Translations under genes and position numbers: made by a program
Assembly (NCBI GenBank): GCA_013265495.1
Contig: MU058896.1
Span: forward strand, 62,001 to 126,000
DNA length: 64,000 bases
Reading direction: 5' to 3'
From: Vicugna vicugna
Taxonomy: Eukaryota
The notes under the pieces: model-generated
Database searches by the model: none
Told to the model about the DNA's origin: nothing
Seen by the model: only the letters and a program-made list of their open reading frames with translations
Part shown: piece by piece, positions 33,651-43,205 of the stretch
How positions within the stretch are numbered: the first letter of the stretch is position 1
Layout: each line of letters opens with the position of its first letter

Positions 33651-36600
33651 GGGAAACCGCGCTCTGCCTCCACGTGGGCTGGCTGTGAGGCCTGCCGGGA
33701 GGAAGGGCGTTCCTGTGCGGGCCGGGCTCTGGGACGGGAGAGGCCTGGGCACCCAGATCCTGCTGGAGGGAGCACTGTGGGGGCCGGGAGAGCGGGAAGG
33801 GGCTCGAAGCTGCCAGGAGCTAGCGGGCTTCGCCCCAGGGCTGTGGATTATCCCGCCCCTGTGGGAGAGCCTCCTCCCCTGTCGCCTGGGGACCCGCCTC
33901 CTCCTGCTTGAACCCCCAGCCCTGCCCGTGCCCCAGCTCCCTAGGCTGGTGGTGGGCAGGGGGAGCCCTCAGAGCTAAGTGAGCCTCCATGTCTGCTCCT
34001 GCTGGGTCTGCTCCCGCTGCGGGTCGGCCTGGGAGATTCTGTCCCCTCACCGCCCCCACCGCCGCCCCTGTCATCCCCCAGGAGCCGTGCAGGGATCCCA
34101 GGAGGTGAGCCAGGGCAGGGCTGGTACCCAGCTAGGATGAATCACCCGGAAACTGAGCTCCTTTCCCAACCCACTGGTTTTCAACTTTTTCTTTACCAGC
34201 TGCAGAACCTTAGTGAAATTGGTGAGCCCTCCTGGGATACAAGGCAGATGAGCTGTTCGACACGCCCCTGCCCCACATTGTCCTGGCTTGGCCCCCACCT
34301 TGGAGGCTGCCGTAGTGCCTGAATAGCTGAGAAGGCCCAGCCTCAGGCCCTCCTGTTCTCAGGGATGACCCCACGGTGTGGTCTGGTTCTCTTGGCAGCT
34401 GGTGCATAAGTGGGCCCCCAAGACTGGCTGTCAGCCCTGCAGCGTGTCTGGGGTGGAGGTGGCTGGGAGTCATCCTGACAGTGTGCCTACAGCTCAGGTC
34501 ACAGGGGCTGGACAGGTGTGATGGACCCCGGTCCTCAGAGTGGGACCCGGCACTTCCAGCCCAGAGCATCCAGGCCGAGGTCCAGGCCCCACCGATGGGG
34601 GAGGGATTGGGAAGGGAGGCGGAGGGGCCCCACCAACAGGGCTGTTTTCTCTGCCCTGGACCGCGCCAGCTCCGAGGGTGAGTGGCTGTCAGCAGCTAGG
34701 ATGAATCGCCTATTTACTTGTTCCATTAAGAGGCCCCTTGCCGGTGGGAGAGGTCGCGGCTCGGCCCTGCTCGGGAGGAAGTGGTGTTTACAGAGCCCAG
34801 CTGGTGCAGGGCGGGGAGCTGGCTGGTCGGGAGCGTGCCAGCCCGCCCCTGCCCTGCCGCTGCCCTGATGGCCTTGATGGTGGATGGATGGACAGAGGGC
34901 CCAGCCAGCCTGACAGTGGAAACAGGAAACCTTATCTTTTAAAACTAATCCAGGGGGAAGGGAGAAAGTGAAGAAGTGGAGAGCGTAAACCCATAGCTGC
35001 CCCTCGTGGGGGGGCATCTTCCAGTGGTCCAGCTTCAAGGCTGGACATCCAGTGAGTCGGCAAAAAGTTGAAGACACTTGGTTGTGGGCAGGGCGGTCGG
35101 GGGGTGGGGTCATCTTCAAGGCCTGTCCCTGCTGTTAGATGCTGTCTCCCCACTGTGCCTCCAAACCAGCCCCGTGTGGACCCCATCAGGCCACACTGAC
35201 CCCCACCTTGACTGTGACCTTCCTGCCCCCCGGCTCACCCTGCTGCTCCCTGGACCAGCCAGTGTACACTCCAGAGTGTCTTCCCAGTCGTGTCCTCTGC
35301 TCTTCCCAGGCAGACAGGCCTGCAGGACCACCCCCACTCCTCTTCCCACCCTCGAGGGTGCTGCGGTGGGAGCAGAACCTCCTCCTCCCCACTAGTTATG
35401 AGATCTTACTCCCTGGTGTGTTCTGCACCCCATCTCTTCGCCTGGAACGCCCCCCATGTGTCGCCACCTGCCCAGATCCATGTGTCCCCGAGGCCCAGCT
35501 CTGATGCCACTTTGTCCACGAGCCTCCTTTGCCCCACCCCATGTCCCTCTCTGCCCCTTGACCTCTCCTTCTGACCTTCCCAGCCCCTCACTCATGCCAC
35601 CTTCATGCATTGTCCAGGCTCTTTGGTGCTCATACAGGCACTGCCCCGCCTTCTGGAGCATGGAGTCCCCTGTTGGCACCATCACTGCCCGTTGACGGTG
35701 GAGCAGGGTCTGCGCAGACGAGGCTTCCTTGGGTTGAGTGTCTCACTCTAACGGACTCATATTATCTTATCTTCACCTCCTGCTTCTGCGGCCTTGACAG
35801 TGAACCAGGGTTGTTTTGGCTGCAATATTTCACTCTTCCCAATGCACGAGGATTTCGTATCCATAATTTGCTTCCTTTCTTATTGGAGAATTGAGATGCA
35901 GATATAGGACAACCTGCTCACTCCCCGGGTTCCGATGCTCTCATCTAAGGACAACCCTTTGCCCCGCAGAGGAACTGTGGGGGACTGTTTCCCGGCTCCC
36001 CCAGCGGGTTCTGTACCCTGCCTGGTCCTCCCGCTGCTTCTCCCCTTCTCGTCTTCACCCCACTTCTCTCTGACAGTAGCGAAGATGGTGGTTCTGCTTC
36101 TGCTTCTGCAGACACTGCCTCCCCCAGACCAGGGCAAATGGGAGATGTCTTCACAGGAGGGGTTCCGGATGATGGGCTCAGAGCTAGGAGCCGGTGGGGG
36201 GGCTCTGTAGGACCTGGGGAGGGTCCTTTCACCCACCTTCTTGCTGAACGCAAAGGTCAGATGGGGGCACCCATGTTTCTCAGTGCTTCTCAAGGAAAGT
36301 CCCAGCTCCAGTCAGATCTTCAGGGATCTCACTTCCAGGATGAAGGAAACTTTATTTCTTAAGACTCAGGACAGATCCCCAGTTGGTGGTGAATATGACT
36401 TTTGTTTTCCCAGTTGGGTTTACTAGATTTTCTGCCTTCAAGAGCCAGTTTTTGTGAGTAGAGAAGTCATCTTTGTTGTGAAAAGTGACACCACTTGTCA
36501 GGTGTCCCCGTACCTGTCCCTCCTGTTGGTCTCCCTCCAGAGCAAGCTCCCCAGGGCCTGCGGTCACTGTATGTTGTGTTCACTCCCGTCTCCCCATCAC

Positions 36601-37206
36601 CAGGGCATTTTGGGGCACAAAATAGGTGCTCACTTGCTGTTTGCAGAGGGAAGGGAGGACACTCCTGCCCATCTTGTCTAGGGTCCCCTCCAAGGCACAG
36701 TACAGCACAGACAGCCTTGGTATGGGCAGTTTCCAGGGTGGAGCAGAAATATTTAAGAATTAAGATGAGAAGTAAAGTGATAGTTCACAGCATACGATGG
36801 GAAGCATTCTGTGACTGTCAGTAAATTGCCCAAATGCTGGGGGCTGGGAAAGCTCAGACCAAGGGGCTGTTCCAGCGCAGGTAGAGGGTGGCGATTTCCT
36901 GGATGTTAAGGAGGGTGGGACTTGGCAGAGGGCCAAGGGTGCAGGAAGACACGGCCCAGGCAGGAGAGGGTGGCTAACGGCCCTGCCTGGCGGTGTGTTG
37001 AGTGAACAGAACAGAAAGGCTGAAGCCGGACCATCAGGGCAGGGATGCTGGGTTCAGGAGCCGGAGCCTTCCCTTCGGGCGGAGGCAGGGTGGGTACCTG
37101 GGCGGGTTCCTGCCTGACCTCCATCCCTCTGGGTCTCTGGTCCATGTCTTTCCGTAGAGCAGGAGAAGGGGGATCACCTAGCAGTGTGACCAAGGGAGTC
37201 CAAAGG

Positions 37207-37330
37207 AGATTTCTGGACAAATCACATGAAGTAGCCGTCTTGGGGCTCTGAGAGGCAGACACGAGCGGAGGGTTGGGGTAGGGATCTCATGACTTGAGGG
37301 ATAGCCTGGCAGTGACTTCTTTGGTTTTTT
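37207..37330 (+). repeat. Inverted duplication, copy A (partner at 40900-41032)
   Basis: The first 46 nt are identical to the reverse complement of the segment ending at 41032; roughly 90% identity over about 116 aligned nt. Confidence 0.95.
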
Positions 37331-39059
37331 GAGATTCCACGTTTTGTTTCTAGGCCCGCATTGACGTGGTTCCCCCAGCCTCCCCGCACAGAGAGGACAG
37401 GGGCTCTGCCCCCTCCCGCTGCAGCGCCAGCACTGGGCACGCCTCCGCTTCCTCCCCTGGCCCCCGAGCGCGGCCTGCCCTGCCTTTCCCACGGGCAGAG
37501 GCCCTGGTGCCCGGCCCCACAAGCAGCTCCAGGGAGTGACAGGAGTGCCCTTATCTCGGCCGCCGGCCTGGAGGGCCGTTTATCTCTCCTTTCCACGCGG
37601 TCGAGAGGAAGCTGGTGCTGAAACGGCAAATGCAGCACTGACTCCACAACAGGAAGACAGGCGTGGGCGCGGGTCCCTTGGCACCGACCCGACCGTGGCT
37701 GCCTGGCAGTGGTCACTCCTGCTGCCCCAGGGCCACCCCTCTGGTCCTCAGGGCTCTGCTGTCCGGAGGGCTGCCTTAGAGGTGGTGTTTATGCTGTTGA
37801 CTTGGTTAACTGTTCTCAGAGCTCTTTGTAGAATGTTCAGGGGGACATCAGGGTGACCTGCCTGCAGCACCACGGTCAAGGACATTGTGGCGGTTGGCAG
37901 CGCTGGGCAGGGCATGGGAGGGTGTGCCTGAGCCTGCCTCCAGCAGGACTGAGATCGGCTTCCCCGAGACACATGCTTCCTGTTCCAAGGGAGAAGCAGT
38001 TTGGGGCTGCACTGTTTCTGTGCCTTGGTTTCCTTCATCCAGGGACGTCCAGAGGACGCCCAACCTGGGGAGCCCTGGACGGAGGATGCCACCCGAGCCC
38101 AGGGCAGCGCACAGGGTGATTATTTGGGGACCTCCTCTCTGTGCACTTTTGGGCCCACTCACTCTTTGGACCCCACCCTGCTTCTCAGACCCCGCCCCGC
38201 GGCAGGCTGGCCAGGCCAGGTGCAGGGTGCGGGCTCTGCCGAAGCCAAGACCACTGGCTGCGCACGGGATTGTGGGGCTCCCACTCCGGGCTGTCACGCC
38301 CTGGGACTCAGAAGGCATGGCCTGAGTGCCCTCCTGCCCCTCTGTGCTGGCGGCTGTTTGGGACTTTGATTTGGGGGAAATCCCTGTGGGTCTGGAGGAA
38401 GCCAAGGTGATCTGGGCTTGTTCCTCCTTTTCTACCTCTGGCAGCATCTGCTCCAGCAAATCGGGGGGTGGGGTAGAATTGCAGGGCTATGGAGCCCACA
38501 GTGAGCGACTGACTGCCGGCCCCTGTCGTCCTGCACCCCAGCTCCCCTGCCCCCCCGACTGCAGCCATTACTCAGACTCATCCACCTTTCCAGCCTTTGC
38601 CATCAGGAGGCTTGGGGGCCAGGCTGTGTTCAGTTGGCCTGGTTCACGCATCCAGGAACCTCAGACACTCTTTGGGCCTTTGTTTTTGTCTTCTTCCCAG
38701 CGGTCTTATTTCATGCTGTTTAATGTCTGAAGGCTGCCTCAAATCGTTTTGGAACCAGGCAGATAAAACCTATGCAAACATGCTCTCCCAGCCTGGCAGA
38801 CTCGCTGCCCACATCCTGCTCTCCTTCCTCGTGGGGCTCCCTCCTCCAGGCGGGGCCGGGTGGGGCGTCTCCTGAGAAATCCTGCCAACCTCCTCCTTGG
38901 GCTCCATAAATGATTCATTTCCTTCAAGTGTCCTGTGCTGTTTTCCAGCACAATCGCTATTACGAATGAATCAAGGCCCTGGCTCATACTTTCTGCTGTG
39001 ACTGGTGTGTTTTCTCCCTCTGGAAATATTCTTCCCACAGGAGCCAGAGTCATTCTTCT

Positions 39060-39115
39060 GTAGGAGTGTGTGCATGCGCGTGTGTGTGCGTGTGTGTGAG
39101 CACATGCGTGTGTTA
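39060..39115 (+). repeat. Degenerate (TG)n / alternating purine-pyrimidine tract
   Basis: 'gtgtgtgcatgcgcgtgtgtgtgcgtgtgtgtgagcacatgcgtgtg'. Confidence 0.8.
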
Positions 39116-39314
39116 CTGGTGCCACATGTGAAGGGAGCTGAGAAATTCTTTTTGTCTTACGGTGTCACCTATGCTGATGGGTTCTTGGCAGAGATGAAGG
39201 AAGAGGTTCCCAAGCTGCGTAACAAATTTCCAGGTCCATGGTGATGGCAGGAAACAGCCAGGTTCTGAAACTGAGGAGAGGAAGGCGGTGGTGGGCCTCT
39301 CCCTGTTATGGAGG

Positions 39315-39518
39315 CTGGGGTCAGCAAATTACAGCTTGACCGCTTGCTTTTGTAAATAAAGTTTTATTGGAACACTGCACGTTCAGTCCCTGCCAAACAT
39401 ATAGCTGCTTTTGCTTGGTGATGGTGAGGCTGAGTAATTGTGACAGATAGCACATGGCTTGAAAAGCTAAAAATATTTACTAGCTGGCTCTTTGCAGAAC
39501 CAAGGTAGCTGACCCCGG
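39315..39518. mobile_element. MER58A (hAT-Charlie non-autonomous DNA transposon)
   Basis: 'ggggtcagcaaa...ttttgtaaataaagttttattggaacac...aaaatatttactagctggctctttgcaga...gctgacccc' with remnant terminal inverted repeats. Confidence 0.85.
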
Positions 39519-40558
39519 GTTTAGGATAAAATGCAGAGGTGGAGAGGCCCCGGAATAGCATCTCCTTTGGAGCGTGTCCAGAGTTTCGTCTCTGGCAGTT
39601 TTAACTTTTAAATTAGGTTTAATATGAAATGCGAGCTCCCTCAATTCCACCTGGAAGGGACCAGAAGAACTAGGACCTGAGATTTAGGTTTGGGGAGAGA
39701 GTGAAGTTAGACTCGGCTTGGAGACCAGGCCCAGGATGGAGCCGGCAGTGACTTGGAGGTGGCCATGCATGTGTGCCTGTGACGGAATCCTTTTGAAGAG
39801 GGAGCCGCCTGCTGTGGATACAGCTTCACTTGGAGGTTAAAAAATTCCCACAAAGCCAAAAATGACATGAACCCTGAGCTGCCTGAACACACTGAGTGAT
39901 TCAAAAGTTAGAAAGCAGAGCCTTGCGGGAAGTATTTGAAGTGGAGTCTGGGCAGCCCGGGGACTTGGACTGAAGGGGCCACTTGCTGTTGGTGTCCACC
40001 ACTCTCCGCGTCGGCCACGTGCCAGGCACCGCAGTGGGTGCTGTCAACATGTTCAGTCCCAAAACAGCCCTGGTGGTGTCTCTCCTGCCAGCAGAGGCGC
40101 CAAGAATGCATCACTCAGCCCACAAGCAGGGAGGGAGCCATTGGAGCGCGGTGCCCTGTGGTCCGGCCCTCACAGGAAGAACGGGGAGTCAGCCAGCATC
40201 TGAGCTGCCCTGAGGGACAGGAGGAAGAGCATCTTGTGTGCAAGCTTGGTTAAACACGGAAAAGCCATCAGGGGAGTGTGAGGAAGTCCCATCTGGGTAG
40301 AGGTTTGGGAAAGATAAACCGTTTTCAGGTGTATCTTCAGTGCTTGGGTTTTCAGCTGCCTGGTGACCAGCACTGGCCTCTTTGGCTCTGGAGCACAGCC
40401 GTGCCACCTTTCTGATTCAGTAGCTCTCCTCCCAGGATGGCCCCCAAATCATTTACTGATCAGATCCCAGCAGCGCTGAGCCCGAGAAGGTTCAAGTCCA
40501 TGAGTTATTGGACGTTTGGTCTCTGGGATAGTTCCTTTTTGGTTATTTTGTTCTTTGA

Positions 40559-40586
40559 TTGTGCGTGTGTGTGTGTGTGTGTGTGT
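40559..40586 (+). repeat. (TG)n microsatellite forming the tail of the adjacent SINE
   Basis: About 14 TG units with one interruption. Confidence 0.9.
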
Positions 40587-40593
40587 TTTCAGT

Positions 40594-40668
40594 GGAGGTA
40601 CTGGGGATTGAACCCAGGACCTGGTGCATGCGTAAGTACACACTCTACCACTGAGCTGTACCCCCACC
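40594..40668 (-). mobile_element. tRNA-derived camelid-type SINE
   Basis: 'ggaggtactggggattgaacccaggacctggtgcatgc...ctctaccactgagctgtacccc'. Confidence 0.9.
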
Positions 40669-40899
40669 CCCTCCACTGGGATGGTTCTTGAACTGAAGGA
40701 ATCTTCTGGAAGGCTGGACCAACATGAGTTCCTCATGCCTGCTGTGCTGAGCCTCTGTCGGCCTTGGGTTTCCTTTCCCTTGTCAGCCCTGTGAGTGGTT
40801 AGGAGCACGTAGGTGGGGTCCCCAACCGGTTCCACTGAGAGGAAATCAGTCTCCATCAATCGTAACACATTTAAACAAAAGCAAAAAATAGTAACAGTG

Positions 40900-41032
40900 A
40901 AAAAAACCAAAACACCGAAGAAGTCACTGCCAGGACATGCCTCGAGTCGTGAGATCCCTACGCCGCCCTCCTGCTCGTGTCTGCCCCTCAGAGCCCCAAG
41001 ACGGCTACTTCATGTGATTTGTCCAGAAATCT
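40900..41032 (-). repeat. Inverted duplication, copy B (partner at 37207-37330)
   Basis: See copy A. The ORF track shows the same peptides (RFLDKSHEVAVLGL; CLPLRAPRRLLHVICPEI) on opposite strands at the two sites. Confidence 0.95.
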
Positions 41033-42669
41033 TAGTTGTGGTGAGCAGGGAAGAGTGGTGTGTTTCTCCACCTCCCCTGGAACTGGGAGCTCACGCTTCT
41101 GCCTGTGAACCTCCTCTCTTGTGTGTGGCGGTGCCCCGTGGGCTGACCGCTGTCCCTGGACACTGTTCTGAGGGTGCTGGTCACTGCAGCCGCTCCTCAA
41201 ATCCCTGAGCCTGGCCCAGCCGACGCTCACACGGCAGGTTCAGGCCGGCCCTCGGGACCCCTGACCGTGTCCCGCAGCCACTAGCTTGTGATGCTGGGTA
41301 GCACCTCTCTGCCTCCCTGGTCTTCTCGGCTGCATACCCTGGTTTGCCCTGTCCCTGCTCTGCAGCGGGCTCCTCTGTCAATTTCCATGGCCTGGCTCAG
41401 AAGTCCTCGCGGAGTGGCTACAGCTGTCTGTGTGTTGAAATTCCCGCCCTTATTTCCAGAGGGGGAAAGGCTTCAGGCCACCGAGGCGTGGAGACCTTTG
41501 CCCATCTGGGGATTCCCGGCCGGAGGATCCCAGAAGTCGTCCTGCGTGCCGGGCCTGCCTTCCCAGCCGCCCCCTCCCCAGCCCCACATCCAGCTGTCAT
41601 TCCCTAGAGCGCCACCCCCTGCAGTTGTCCTGGACGCATAGCGTTCCTCCGTGGCATGTGCCCCAGCGCAGTATGGGGTTCCTGCTTCTCTGAGGTGGGG
41701 GCTGTGGGTGGGGTGGGGAGCGCAGTGTCCAAGACCATCTGACGGGGCGGATGGCCTCGGGCAGATGATGGTTCCTCTGTGCGTCTGTTCTCCCTTTGGT
41801 CAGAGGGGAGTGATGTAGGAATGTTCAGGGCTGTGCTGGGGTGAGCATTGAGGTCTCTAACAGCCCGGCTCGTAGGTGCCTCGGGAAGGGGGCTTTATAT
41901 CTGAGATGGTTCCCCAGCTGCCCTGCCGTCAAGGGACAGCAGCGTGTGCTGGACAGAGCTGCAGCGTCGGGAGACCCCTGTGGGCTCGGGCGGCCTTGTG
42001 TGGAGTCTCAGCTGGTTGTGGTCTCCTCGCCCCCCTCCCACTGCCACACTTAGCAGGCCTGGAATCCAGCAGGAATGGGCAGTGCACGCTTCCCTGGATG
42101 CTCAGGCTGCCTGCACCATCTGGCCAGGCTGGTGGAGCACATGGCCCGTGAGTTATGTCCCCACCCGGGCCCACTCCCACATTTATGCTCCATTATCAGA
42201 GGGAGAATCAGCCCAGGCTAGAGCTGCAGGTTGGGGAGGGAAGTCGCAGATGAGTGAGTGAGTCTTTGGTGTCTTCCCACCCTCTTTCTCAGCCTTTCCT
42301 GGTTCCCTCTGGGCCCTGCCTGACCCACCTGCTCCCTGGGGCGCCCTCAGCCTGTCCAAAGGCCGTCATCCCCTGCACGCTGCCCTGACTTTTCCAGCCT
42401 CCCCTCCCCTCCCAGGGACTTGCTCCCGACATATTAACTCAGACCTCAGCACAATGCCCCAATTTTATGTCGCCCTCCAACACTTGGAAGCCTCGAGACC
42501 CAGTGCTCAGGCAAAGACAGTGTCTGCTGATCTCCGAGTCCTGGCCCAGCTAGGCTGAGAACACAGGCCCCCAGGGCCCCTGGGCAGGCGCCTTCTTGGA
42601 TGCTGCCTTGCCAAGTGTGGTGCCCAGCACCTCCTCCTCGGGATGTGCGGCCAGCGGACCAGCTGAATC

Positions 42670-42785
42670 CTCTTTTATTGATGAGAAGCCCGGGGCCCAG
42701 AGAGACAGAGTAACTTGCCAAGCTCACCCAGCTGGGCAGTGGTGCCACTGGATTGGAGCCAAGTTCTGCTCTGCCCCGAATCAGC
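42670..42785 (-). mobile_element. MIR SINE
   Basis: 'ttttattgatgagaagccc...ggcccagagagacagagtaacttgccaagctcacccagct'. Confidence 0.7.
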
Positions 42786-43129
42786 CACTTGGGTGCAGCC
42801 AGTGTGGGGCGACCATCCTGCCACCTGTAGTCTAGTGCCTGGGGGCAGTGGGGCCTGACCGGGAGGGAGGTTGTAGCCCAGCTCGGCCATTTGCCAGCTC
42901 TTTGTCCCTCTGGCCGGTCAGCAAGCACCCCCTGATGTGCATGCATGGCCCCGTCCTGCCTCAGCCTCGAGGAGAGGATGGCAGATGAGAGGGACACAAG
43001 TGCCACCATGAAGTCAAGAGTGAGGTTCATGTGGTGGGGCCAGGCCAGGGGGCGTCTGTCCTGCATGAATTTGGTGACCACAAGCAGGAGCTGCCGGCCT
43101 GAGGAGCTGGGTGAGGCTCCCTGTGGTGG

Positions 43130-43205
43130 GTGCACGTGCCTCACACACATGCACATGCCTGCACACACATGCCCTTGTGCACACTCATGTACATACACAC
43201 ACGTG
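43130..43205 (+). repeat. Degenerate (CA)n-rich tract
   Basis: 'cacacacatgcacatgcctgcacacacatg...catgtacatacacacacgtg'. Confidence 0.7.

Noticed and set aside
37207-41032. DNA transposon with 120-bp terminal inverted repeats
   Set aside because: No target-site duplication and no transposase remnant. The interior is ordinary intron with a MER58A and a SINE. Kept as an inverted duplication instead.
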